A stretch of DNA of 64,000 bases from Octopus sinensis (Eukaryota), in NCBI RefSeq assembly GCF_006345805.1, contig NC_043013.1:31682001-31746000 (forward strand), written 5' to 3'. The notes under the pieces are model-generated. The model worked only from the letters and a program-made list of their open reading frames with translations, was not told where the DNA came from and ran no database searches. This document shows, in pieces, positions 12,096 to 24,627 of this stretch (the first letter of the stretch is position 1; each line of letters starts with the position of its first letter). Both the position numbers and the translations under genes were made by a program.

Positions 12096-12312
12096 AGGCG
12101 GTGAACTAGCAGAATCCTTAGCACACCGGACGAATATGTTTAGCAGTATGTCGTCGGCCTTTACGTTCTGAGTTCAAACTCCGCCGAGGTAGACTTTGCC
12201 TTTCATCCTTTAGGGGTCGATAAATTAAGCACCAGTTACGTACTGGAGTCGATCTAATCGTCTGGACCCTCCCCCAGAATTTCAGGCCTTGTACCTAGAA
12301 TAGAATAGAATG
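12096..12312 (+). mobile_element. SINE-B monomer with tail type 2 and TSD
   Basis: Head AGGCGGTGAACTAGCAGAA, body GCCTTTCATCCTTTAGGGGTCGATAAATTAAG, tail CCCCCAGAATTTCAGGCCTTGTACCTAGAA; TCTATTTTTGCT (12083-12094) vs TCTATTTTCGCT (12313-12324). Confidence 0.85.
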
Positions 12313-12510
12313 TCTATTTTCGCTGGCAACAGCCGTTTCTTTTGGTCAAGTTATCGTACCTCCAGCTGCTTCAGATGCCAAGTTATCAAAGATTGTGAAA
12401 GTGTAGTACAACAGTTTTGCCCTGGATTGGTGTAACTATTTTTTTTCCGTTTTCTGAATGGGCAACCTTTTGTATTACGACACATTAGCATGATAGCACC
12501 ATATATATAT

Positions 12511-12605
<95 letters not shown>

Positions 12606-13356
12606 ATATGTATGTATGTATGTATGTATATGTATATGTATGTAAAACATGGTGCATGTTTTCATAACGCCTTCACAAAGCAAAAGTTGTAGTGAACTGA
12701 AAGCTTTCATACATCGTATATTATTTGGAGTAAAAATGTAAATGAGTTATTGGTGTAGTTCATTTACATATAAACCCCTAAAGGATATTAATGTAGATTA
12801 TAATTAGACAAGTTTTCCAATATTCCGCCAGTTTTTCCAAGGATGTAGAATTTGTACGCGATTATTCTTCACATGTATGCCATATAGAGAATTCAAGATT
12901 TTCCCCAACTGTATCAGTTCTAGTATAGTATGCTGTCTATCGCGGTGTCAAAAAGTATAACCCGGGTTATCTACCTTAAAGACTCAGATGATATATTTGT
13001 ATTGTTCCTTAATGAAATAAGAAGTGTTTATCGCTAAAATGGATTGCCTTGATTTATCTGTGTAATTTCTTTATCATGTACGAGTTTTACATGTAAGTGT
13101 TTTATCTCTGAAATATCCGAAGTTTGGATATCTGAAATATCTGAAAGATAAGGTATATAACCATGGCTTTACTGTTTGACACCGTGGTAGACCGCATACT
13201 ATACTGGCACCAGTATATCTTTGAATTAGTAGGGCTGTATTGAAACACTTTTGCAATTTTAGGTTATCTTACCAAATTTAATAACGTACACGCGCACTCA
13301 CGGACAACCGCACGCATACATATACAGAGGCCGAGACATTTATACTAAAATACATA

Positions 13357-13640
13357 AACAAAAATTCTTATAATTATGAGTATAATTATAATTAGGGTTC
13401 AGCAAAAAATTTGCATCACCACATACCGATATTTAGAAATAGCAGCCAAAACTAGCTATTTCTCTTGGCTGCTATTTCTAAATTTCGGTATGTGGTGGAG
13501 CAAATTTTTTGCTGAACCCCAATTATAATTATACTCATAATTATAAGAATATTTGTTTAAGTTTACCGATAATGGTTCTTTTAACATGCCGAACTACTTG
13601 GTAAAATTATTAATTAATTAATTAATTTTACCCTTTATTA
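13357..13640. repeat. Fold-back (about 93-bp arms) of a diverged relative of the 557-bp unit
   Basis: Arms 13357-13449 and 13465-13557; the right arm continues with GCTGCTATTTCTA...TACTTGGTAAAATTATTAATTAATTAATTAATTTTACCCT, colinear with 5908-6055. Confidence 0.75.
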
Positions 13641-14331
13641 TTATTGATACTTAAATACATATGTAGACAACCATACGGAAAAATTGACTGTAAGAGAGGT
13701 AGATATGCAGTAATCAATACTGCGAATCGAATATCGAAATATACAATTCGTAAGTAAAAAAAAACATATTTCGTAACTCTGAGATTGAGGCTTCTATATC
13801 TTTATTCAAATCAATGCAAAACGAGAACCTTTTAAAAGGGCTATTGATAGAACAAAGACAGAGATGAATCAATTGACTGGGAGTATACGTAAGGATAATG
13901 TATTTTATTGTGTGCTGAAAAGAGAATACTCGTTTTTATGTTGTGCAGCAAATAAAGGCATGGGGCAACGATGCAATTTATACCTAAGAACTGAAACTAT
14001 TTTTTGTCATTCACAGAACTTGCTTCCTGAGGTCATTGACAGAGCTTCCTTCATACATAATTATTTCAATATGAAAGAAAGAAAGAGGGAAAGAAAGAAA
14101 ACTGGAAGAGAAACGAAGCTGCTGAATGTAAAAGAAAAGTACGAAAGTGTTTGAAATAGAAGTTTCTTTCTCAAAGCCAATTAAGTTGTATAAAAGTAAC
14201 CTGAAACGTGCGAAGTTATTTATAAATAAACAGAAAACATGAACAAACAGTGATCAAAGAGAAGACTGAAGATTAATAGAAACTTCTAGTAAATAACATT
14301 TTGTCGAGTGTACCTTATAAAAAATTTAATA

Positions 14332-14748
14332 GACGTGGCTATGAGGTAAAAAGCTTGTTTCCCAAACACATGGTTCTGGGTTCAGCCCTGTTGCGTGGCA
14401 CCTTGAACAAATGTCTTCTAATATAGCCACGAGCCGGCCAAAACCTTGTGAGTGGGTTTGATACATGGAAATTGGAATAAAACCTTCGTATATATATATA
14501 TATTATATATATATATATATATATAATATATATACTGTGTGTGTATGTGCGTGTGTGTTTATGTGTGTTTGTCTGTGTTTATCTCTTCACAATTGCTGGT
14601 AAGCTTATGACCCCATTAACTTGAGACTGACAGAATAAGTAGTTGGCTTAAAAAGAATAAGTCTTGAGGTCGATTTCTTCGACTACAACCCTTTAAGGCG
14701 GTGTTCCAGCATGGCCGCAGTCAAACGACTGAAAACAAATAAAAGAAT
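14332..14748 (+). mobile_element. SINE-A copy, diverged
   Basis: Head, GGCACCTTGAACAAATGTC body and GGCGGTGTTCCAGCATGGCCGCAG tail. Confidence 0.85.
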
Positions 14749-14791
14749 CGTCCTCGTTAATGGAATATCCCCTAGTACTAAATAGGAAATA

Positions 14792-15026
14792 TATTGAGTC
14801 GGTGCATAATTTTTGCGGTTTTTTCAACAAATTTTATTCAACAAAAAACAATAACAACATGTAACAAAATCATCTTCAAATGATTATTCCGTAGCATATT
14901 CAGCATTTACTTCAACAACTGCTTCCCATTTGCTTGGAAGACGGTCAAACCGTCATTTAAATATATTAAATATTGTTGAATAAAATTTGTTGAAAAACCC
15001 CGTAATAATTACGCACCAATGCAATA
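14792..15026. mobile_element. Mariner-derived MITE
   Basis: Imperfect TIRs TATTGAGTCGGTGCATAATTTTTGCGG / ...GCACCAATGCAATA resembling mariner TIRs; minus strand retains DRLPSKWEAVVEVNAEYATE*, like a mariner transposase C-terminus. Confidence 0.75.
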
Positions 15027-15539
15027 CATAGGTGTCATACCCCAATACTCACAGTTTATATAGTCACACACACTTAGACACAAACACACACAAACATGCA
15101 CACACCAGGAGACAGAGGTACACACACAAATACACACAAACACAAGGACACAGAGGTACACACACATACAACACATTCAAACACACAAACATAAACATAA
15201 ACACACACACACAAACACCGAAACACAAACATGAACACACAAACACATGGATATATAAAATACGTACTTACAAACGTGTTGTTTAAAACATTTCCCAAAA
15301 TAACCCAACAATAACTTCTTTGGCCAGGGTCAAAATACTGGTGGGGGTGGTAGGAGTAGCTGTGGTAATTGAATCTTAACCCCCCCCCCCCAAATAAGAT
15401 TATTTTTATTGATTTTTCTCATGACTTTACTATTATTTTCCTGCTATCGTCATCATGAGTACCTTTAGTATTGTTGTTGTTATTGTTTGTGGTAGTGGAC
15501 GTAGTAGTAGAAATAGAACCTCTACGTATTAGTATTATT

Positions 15540-16330
15540 GTTTATTTAGCTTTTCTCTGCTTTTTCTCTCAATCTCATTTGGACTGTGTAGTCTGTAGAA
15601 TGGAAATATTGTAAATATTTTCCGACCGCATGTTGTTAGATGCTTACTCACGGACATCTGGGTCTCTAATTCGCTGTCAGTGCACACGTGAACGTTCTGA
15701 TGCTGTATTTCCAGTCTGAGCCACGTATAGTTCTTCACAAGTGGGGCATTTGAAGCTGTAAATTATATTTCTGTTTTGCAGTTCATACTTGCGTTTCTGA
15801 ATATTTTTCTGGTTTTTGTGTTCACGTATTTGCTGGTATGAATGAATTTGCATGTGCCACACCGACTATCATTGCATTTAGATACAGTGAATGATTGGGC
15901 TTTGTTGCTAAGTTCAAATTTTAAATTTGTTAATAATATGTTCAAATTTTTAGGCTGTCTTTTACTAAGAACCATAGCTCGATCTGTGATTATATCTTTT
16001 AATTCATTAATTTGAGCAATGATTTGTATGTTTGCTTGTTGAAGGTATTCTAGTGACATGGGTTGTGTGCCACTATAAAAAGGAATGACTTGTTCCTGTT
16101 TTCCTCTCCTTTGGGTCGTTCTCAGTTTTGTACGGGTATTTCTCTAGCCCGCTTTATGCCATTTTCTATAAGTGGAGACCGGTACTTTTGCTTGAGTAAC
16201 AATTCTTTTAGTTCTGTCAGGGGTTTGTTCCTGATATTCGATTATTCTACAACGGTCCAAATTCTTCTGCCTAGACAGTATGTGATGTTGCATTTTGTAT
16301 GTGGTGGTGCACCAACTTTAAATTCAGGCA
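15540..16330 (-). pseudogene. Penelope-like element RT thumb + GIY-YIG endonuclease, frameshifted
   Basis: PPHTKCNITYCLGRRIW, LTELKELLLKQKY, SKRQPKNLNILLT, KCNDSRCGTC, NIIYSFKCPTCEELYVAQTG, SKHLTTCG, IFPFY. Confidence 0.85.
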
Positions 16331-16512
16331 CTGATGTGTTCTGTGTTTTTGGCACCAATATATATCTATATATCATATATAGTATATATATGCATATTAT
16401 ATCTATATATATATTATATATATATTATCTATATATATATTATATATATATCATATATATATATATATATCTATATATATATAGTATATATATTATATAT
16501 AATATATATATA

Positions 16513-16572
<60 letters not shown>

Positions 16573-16583
16573 TATATATATAC

Positions 16584-16986
16584 GTGCAGGAGTGGCTGTG
16601 TGGTAAGTAGCTTGTTTACCACCACATGTGTCCGGTTCAGTCACTGCGTGGCACCTTGGGCAAGTATCTTCTACTATAGCCTCGGTCCGACCAAAGCCTT
16701 GTGAGTGGATTTGGTAGACGGAAACTGAAAGAAGCTCGTCGTATATATGTATATATATATATTTGTGCGTGTATGTTTGTATATCTGTGTTTGTCCCCCC
16801 AACATCGCTTGACAAACGATGCTGGTGTGTTTATGTCCCCGTCACTTAGTGGTTCGGCAAAAGAGACCGATAGAATAAGTACTGGGCTTACAACGAATAA
16901 GTCTCAGGGTTGAGTTGCTCAATTAAAGGCGGTGCTCCAGCATGGCCGCAGTCAAATGACTGAAACAAGTAAAAGAGTAAAAGAGT
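16584..16986 (+). mobile_element. SINE-A copy flanked by (TA)-rich tracts
   Basis: Full consensus from TGCAGGAGTGGCTGTGTGGTAAG to GAAACAAGTAAAAGAGTAAAAGAG. Confidence 0.9.
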
Positions 16987-18558
16987 ATATATATATGTGT
17001 GTATATATATAATATATATATATCTATATATATGAATATATATATAGATATACATATATACATATATATGTATATATGTTTTTATGTATATATATATATA
17101 CATATTTATATGCGTGTTTGTCAGTATGCATGAATGTTTATATGTGTATTCTGTTTGTAACCGCATCTGGAGTAGGCTAATCTTTACACTGCTCAAACAT
17201 TCACACGTACACGTACCCCTGGAACATATATATCTATTCTTTAAATGATTAATGTTACAGCAACAGATCTCCTCTAAGGAAAATGTCAAATTAGTAATTA
17301 TCTTCTTATTAGATTGATAAATGAAACCCGAGACGATTTACTGGGGCTGCTAAAATCGATTATATTCCCTTTAGGGGTATGCGCCAATATGGCCCTCCTC
17401 CAATGTTTTAACCTGTTTAAGCGTTAACATGTGTGTGATTTGAATTTCAGTGTGTAATTCACTTCACGTGTTACTGCATTAGCCGAAATTATTTTTGGGT
17501 GTGTAAGTTACAATACAAATTAACATTGTTCAATTTACAGCATTGTCATTATTTCAAATTACAGGGAAGTTTCATAAAAGCAGAGTTTGCTGCCAAAATA
17601 TTATATTCACTCTCATAATATGCAACAAGAGATTTCAGCTACTTTGGGGAGGGCTTTGCCGAAGTAATGGAGCACTATATTAACTGTTACTTTGCATTGA
17701 AGTTTGCATATGTACAGTTTGGAATATCTTAACATTTGTATTGAAATACCTTGCGGTATATGTATGTATAAAATACGAACAGAGTGTATCTAAATTAGGA
17801 AAAGTCCCTTAGAAATTAAGTTTCGCCTCTAAATAAATTTGGCAGCATTCACAGGCAACATAGATGTAGTGACCTTGACTTAATATCCAAGGGAATTATC
17901 CTAATTTTGATAGAATCTCTTGTGTGTGTGTATGTACTCATACGTACAAACACATACACACACACACACACACACATACAGACATACACATACACCAGCA
18001 GAATGACTGCCCTCCGGGTGTTTTTCTGCCAGTCACTTGATATTTTCATATTTGATTCCCAATTTTAATAATTTCTATGAAATTGTATCCAGTTGAGCCT
18101 CTGTTGCTAAATGTTCTTTCTCAGTCGGTTGAACCTGCAGAAGTGTCAAATTGTACAGGTGGTTTTGTTCGTTAATTTCCGTATTTATTTACTTTTGTTT
18201 TAAAGTAAGAGGTGACAGATTTATGTACAGGTATTTTAAATGGGTGTATGTGTGAGAGAAGGAGAGAGAGAGTGTGTGTGTGTCATGAATACGTACGTAC
18301 ACAAATATTTTTACATCTTTTTTGTATGTATGTTTGCGTGTGAGGGAGACAGACAGACAGACGGATTGAGTGCCTCCTAGACATCACTCTCATTCTCTGT
18401 CGCCCCCACCACAGGCACACATACATACAAAAAATATGTATGCATATGTATTCATAACTGTAAGTATACATGATTACACACACATTCACCCACACACTCT
18501 CACTCTCTCTCTCTCGCACACACACAAACATACACACATAAATGTATACAAACATACA

Positions 18559-18721
18559 GGCGCAGGAGTGGCTGTGTGGTAAGTAGCTTCTTTACCAACC
18601 ACTTGGTTCCGGGTTCAGTCCCACTGCGTGGCACCTTGGGCAAGTGTCTTCTACTATAGCCTCGGGCCGACCAAAGCCTTGTGAGTGAATTTGGTAGACG
18701 GAAAGTGAAAGAAGCCCGTCG

Positions 18722-18777
<56 letters not shown>

Positions 18778-18999
18778 ATATAATATATATATATATATGC
18801 GTGTGTGTGTTTGTGTGTCTGTGTTTGTCCCCCTAGCATTGCTTGACAACCGATGATGGTGTGTTTATGTCTCCGTTACTTAGCGGTTCGGCAAAGAGAC
18901 CGATAGAATAAGTACTGGGCTTACAAAAGAATAAGTCCCGGGGTCGAGTTGCTCGATTAAGGCGGGGCTCCTGCATGGCCGCAGTCAAATGACTGAAAC
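18559..18999 (+). mobile_element. Full-length SINE-A (best reference copy)
   Basis: GGCGCAGGAGTGGCTGTGTGGTAAG (A box), GGTTCAGTCCC (B box), GGCACCTTGGGCAAGTGTC (CORE-like), internal (TA)n; possible 9-bp TSD AAACATACA at 18550-18558 and 18996-19004. Confidence 0.9.
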
Positions 19000-21084
19000 A
19001 TACATAAAACATATATAAAAAACGTACGCGTGCGTGTGTGATAGACTATAAATACACAGAACTGAACTAGGTGCTCAAAAAGTAAATAAAAAATAATTGT
19101 TATGGAAATTAACGAAGTGTGCGGGTTCAAGCGAAACAATGCCCATATTTTGGGGGACAGGGATAAAATGTGCGCATGAGAAAGAGAAAGAGAGGTGGGG
19201 AAGAGAAAACATTACAAACAATGAATGAAATAAACATGAAATGAAAAAAATCGTATAAAGAAAAGCTCGTTAAAATCTATCTTGTATCGAATATTTACAT
19301 TTGAATTATTCAATAATAAAATGAAGTTCAGAAGGTAAATTTTCCCGAAAACTTCAATTTATAAAAAATATCACTTGTTTAGTAAATATTTCTTTCGGTA
19401 ATTTAGCGTATTTGTTTGCAAATAGTGAATGAAAACTTGGATTAAAAACAATTAAAATAGAGAGTGAGAGGTTTCACAAATTAAAACCGAAAATTTCGCC
19501 TGCAACGAATCAATATTGTTTAGAGAGTTACTACGTCGATACCAGAAGTTGGCATTAAAAACTCTTTTTAAGGAGCGAATCATATATATATAACAACATT
19601 ATTTATTTTTAATAAAAGAATGTGTACATTTCTGTTAGTTTGGGTCGTGAAGGTTTGGAAATTATATGGTCGCATATACTTACCTAACTTCAAAACTGCA
19701 AGATTACAAGTTGGATTCGTTACTGAACGTCATCTCCTATGGTGTAAGCTTTTTTCTTGGTGTCATGTTGAAGTTATATCATTGTTATGGATGAAATGGG
19801 TAAAATATTGTAGAAAAGTTTTATTTAATCGGGTGTATGACAATGATGGAACATAAATTGAAATTGTTGATTCTTGTAATACCAGGTAGTATGAAATCTG
19901 TCACATAACGTGACAAAATATGTCTGAGGTGCTTATTTAGTTTCATGAAAGTTTATTCTGCTAGGAAATTAAAACAATCAAAATATGGTTCAGTTCGTAG
20001 CTGGGGTGTGAAAAGAAAGATTTTGTTTAAGGGACTGAATTCTCCATCGAAGTATAGGAAATAAATGTTGCTTGCAGTAATGTCTGAAACTATATAATAG
20101 CTTTATTTAAAGAGACTACTATTTCCTTTTCTCTGAAAAAGGAAAATTAAGTATGAAATATATTTGCAACTCAGTAAAATATGTCTGTGTGTGTGTGTGT
20201 GTGTGTTTGTGTACATATATGAGTGTGTCTCCATTTGTGTGTATATGTATATGTATGTGTAAGTAAAGGCTAGTTAGACAGATAGGTAAAACGACAGATA
20301 GGCATAAACTTTAAATTGAATATTTCTAAAAATGTAATCTACTAGAAATAATAACTCATCAGTTATTGGAAATCGATTCTCTTTAACATGCTCACTGTCA
20401 TGCTTAAAGCTGTTTACAAATGGAAGACGTTTAGCGTTGTGCATATTCAAAATATTTCTAGATATTCCTTTTTGTTTGCACGTTAACCAACAGCATATTG
20501 ATAAATAAATCGTCAATTATATTTATATGTAGGCATTTATAGACATAGGAAAATATAACAATGGTTAAAATAATTACACTATAGACGAATATAATTTACT
20601 GTGTGCATTTGCATTCTTAGATTTCAATCTGATGCATTTTTATATTTAAAACCTAGCATAATTTAATATTATGACAACTAAATGTCAGGTTGGAACAGAA
20701 ATTCTACCCTGGCTTTTGTTATGTTAGAAAACATAAAACTTTAATAAAATTCTGACGAAGAGTATTGTAACTATACTTCTGCTGTCAAGTTGTCAAAACA
20801 GCAAGACAAACTTTCGCATTTCTCTTAGTTTTTATTTTATTAACCTTTGCTTTCCTTTTTGAAATTACTAAAATTTGACAGATAATTTAACTTTTTACTT
20901 AGTAAATGGTGCCAGATTATTTCAGAAAACCAGTGAAATTAGCCCTAAAACATTGCTAGTATATTCAAAACTAAATATTTCCTTGAAGCTACTTTTTTAC
21001 ATGAATCAATGATTACATAGACCAAATGTATTGAAATATAATATGTAAGATATTACTTATTTTAAATAAATTGGTGAATTGTGT

Positions 21085-21388
21085 TGTTTAGTGGTTAGGG
21101 CATACGGCTCATGGTCATATAGTCGTGAGCTCAATTGCCAGCAATGCGTTTTTCCTTGAACAAGATCTTTTTTTTACGTTGCTCAGCTGACAAAAAGGAG
21201 TAGTACTTGTATTTCAAAAGGGACCAGCCTTCTCACATTCTGTGCCACACTGAAGTTTCCAGGCAACTATGTTAAGGGTAGGCGTGTCTGTGGAGCGCTC
21301 AGCCACTTGCACGTTAATTTCACGAGCAAGCTGTTTCGTTGATCGGATCGACTGGAACCCGCGTCATCGTAACTGACGGAGAGCCAGT
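21085..21388 (+). mobile_element. Diverged tRNA-headed SINE with TCAGCCACTTGCACGTTAATTTCACGAG...GACGGAG tail
   Basis: TAGTGGTTAGGG head; the 3' module is homologous to minus-strand 44186-44345. Confidence 0.7.
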
Positions 21389-22403
21389 TTTATATTGGAT
21401 ACAAGTGTAGTATGTTTCAATAAAGACATGGTATCAAAAGAAGGAAGAAGATGTATAATTCAAGGAAATGTCCTCTTATTTGTAAAAACTCAGTATAAAA
21501 CTCAGTGTGACGATGGATTGAATGCTTTTCATCATAGGCCTGTTCAGTCAAGGTTGACATGGTGCAATACAACATAAATTTTAAATTGGTGATGAAAAGT
21601 GGTATAGTAGAAATGAGGTCGTCCAGGATACACTTGAGAAGAAATGACATGAGGTTAAAAAGGGGAAATAATAATGATATAATATAACAAAGCTGTGGGG
21701 AACGAAATTATATACACGATGCACTGCTATTATTATTAGACGAGATACAACGCTCTATACCAAAGGCTCGCAGTCGATTGCTACCAACTCGGACTGCCAA
21801 CCACTCGCAGTTCTTCGTTTTATAACAATGAGTCAGTCCACCTTTAGTCACTTGTGGTCGGAATCCTTCTACATTTTTAGAGGGTAAGCAGAGGCACGTA
21901 TTCATTTGGCAACAAACCCAGAATTGTACATCTTTCTAGCAATATTCCACAGAAATAATCAATATGACAGCGAGTAAAATTCTCAGATGTCCCTTTTACC
22001 TGTTAGGCTAAATAACGAGCAAACCGCACCCTATAAAAAGAAGCGAAGACACATGCAAATTCGGTCTCTGGAATGATTTTCGATCATATGTCTGCACAGT
22101 TAGGCCAACGTGGTGCTACAGAATAACAATAAATAGTAACAGCTGCTAGAAAACTGAAGTGCGTTATTTCTCTTGTAATGGGGGATATTTAGGGAAATAT
22201 AGCAAACTACAAAAGGGTCTAAAAGTACGACATGCACAAATTTGTTATTTAAGACGTCTAGGACAAGTGTAAGTAGATTTAGTGTTCGTTTTCTGTTATA
22301 AGTATGTACGTTAATAACTAAATATGTTATGAGCATTTACTTTCAGTTGTTTCGTCCACTCAGCATTGGATCGGTTGATGTGTATTCCACTGCTATAGGT
22401 ATC

Positions 22404-23541
22404 TACAGAGACATGCAAATAGACACCCCACTAAACATCGTCTTATGTAACTTTAAAAGGCTTATGTATTTATTTTATTAATTTACATTTTTATGTTTCA
22501 TGTTCTATGTGAGACTGTTTAATCATGCCACGTACAAAAGAACCTTTGGAACTGTTCGAATTGGAAAGAGGCTGTATTGTGGGTCAATCTAAAAATTTTA
22601 AAAGAAACCCTGGGATCCCGCTTTCAACAGTTAATAAAGTGACTGTGCAATTCACCAGAGAGGGAAAGGAGACCACGTCACCTCACCCAGGTCGACTAGT
22701 GCACTATGACAGGACCCTTCACTCTTTAACGAGAAGTGCGGGGGATAACCTCCGCTGCGAGGCCTCTGATATAGCAGAACAAGTTGATGTCACTCCCAGA
22801 ATAGCTGTCAGGTACTTCCAAACCCTTAGCTACCAGAAGGAAACCACTCTTCGACCAGCAAATATCAAATGGAGAAACGAATAGGCCAGTGGGATAGTGT
22901 AGAGGCCACTAGCATTTTGGGACATTTATTCTCTCTGAGGAGTACAGATTTGCTGTGTTTTTTGTGTGATCAAGAATTTGACGTGAAAAGATTGTCGCCA
23001 ACAACGAAACATTGTGGCTATTCTGCGATGGTCTGGGGAGCAATTAGGTGCAATGGTCGATCGGAGCTAGAGGAGTGTGAGGGAATAATAAACTCAGATA
23101 ATTATGTGCCCATATTCCAATCTTCTCCAGTGGTGTAATGATCAAAGAAGACCCTTTATTTATAGCCCAAAATTGGTTGGAAAAGAAAGGTATCAAAACA
23201 ATTCCATAACGAAGCCAGTCACCAGATATGAACCTAATTGAACACCCCTGGGGCATAATGGACAGGACATTTCTAAAAAAGGAACACGAAAGCGTCATCA
23301 AAGCCAGATCGTTTGAGATTACTGAATAAAACTTGGCAAGAAATTCCCCAAGAGAATATTCGTCAGCTGATCTGTAGCATGCCTAATAGGGTCCTTGCAT
23401 TGAAAAATGCAAAGGGCATGTCTATTGAATATTAGATATTCCACTTATAACTATCAATAAATAATTTGAATGTATAATTTCAGATTTAAATAAATTTTAA
23501 CGATTATAAGGGTATCAACGTATTTGTGACATGCCTATGTA
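22404..23541 (+). mobile_element. Tc1-family DNA transposon fossil (frameshifted transposase about 22525-23432)
   Basis: MPRTKE...ERGCIVG...IPLSTVNK HTH, HPGR, MVWGAI, SPDMNLIEHPW, SMPNRVLALKNAKG; degenerate TIRs at 22404-22429 and 23510-23541, both starting or ending in TA. Confidence 0.85.
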
Positions 23542-24337
23542 TAATGTAATTCCCGGATAGAGTCAGCGTATTTCTACTTTGACTTTGAATTGCTGATGAA
23601 ATTCATCAGACGGCCTTCTATATAGTTTTCGTCAATTCAGATCTCCCAATGCTAAGGACCATCTGAGAGAACGGGAAACGGGCTTGTGCAAGATACAACA
23701 TAATAGGATCGAAATCTAAATGTCACACGCTCAAAATGAACTCCTTAAGCCCTCAACCATTCTTGAATAAGACAGAATTGTTTGTACAGTTCTGGTATTC
23801 AGTTGACATTTACGTAGCAATCATTTAGGAGGTAGAAAAACTCTTAATAGTGTATTTTTCTTTCACATACGTAACACACATCTCCTAAGCTTAATAAGAT
23901 GTGTGCTTGATATCAGTGGATATAATAGATGATATTTTCGGCAAAAAACATAATCCTTTCTTAGACAACTTCATTTTTATTTTCTCTTCAGAATATGTCT
24001 AGAACACTTTCATCTTTCGTGCCAGTAATTCATCCTTTCTGCAAGTAGTAATCAGATTTATGCGATATTCACTTCTAAAGTACCGAGGTCTTTAATCTGA
24101 TAGTAGCTGCAACTAATGCAATTTAGTACACTAATACTGTTGAAGCCTATAATTTAAAGAAACCATATGTTTCCACGTCCATTTTCCCCTATCTTTTACA
24201 ATGCGACGGTCACTACCTTGTTTCTGATAATCTAATCCATCTCCTTTCTTTTGAATATTTCTTCGATGATATTTTTTATCAATTTTTCCAGCTCTTTATT
24301 TTATCCACAACAAAGAAGAAATACGCTCAAACGTGTG

Positions 24338-24426
24338 TGTACAAATACACACATATACACATTAATATATATCCATTATCTCTTTCTCTCTCCTTGTCTC
24401 AGTTTCTCTCTCATATATATATATAT

Positions 24427-24479
<53 letters not shown>

Positions 24480-24581
24480 TATATACAACACATATAGATA
24501 GATATATATATATATATATATGCACATATACACACATATATATTCATATTTATATCCGTATGTATTATTCATGTATACACA

Positions 24582-24627
<46 letters not shown>

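Noticed and set aside
17300-17410. GC-richer island with several protein-like short frames
   Set aside because: Three different plausible frames on two strands; cannot be distinguished from chance.
19620-20090. Strong GTAAGT/GTAAGC donors and short ORFs on both strands
   Set aside because: All candidate exons contain stops or lack a credible acceptor.
21761-21868. 108-nt minus-strand candidate exon (AG...GT, GFRPQVTKGGLTHCYKTKNCEWLAVRVGSNRLRAF)
   Set aside because: Alternative splice-like signals and open frames exist on the plus strand too; no recognisable protein and no linked exons.
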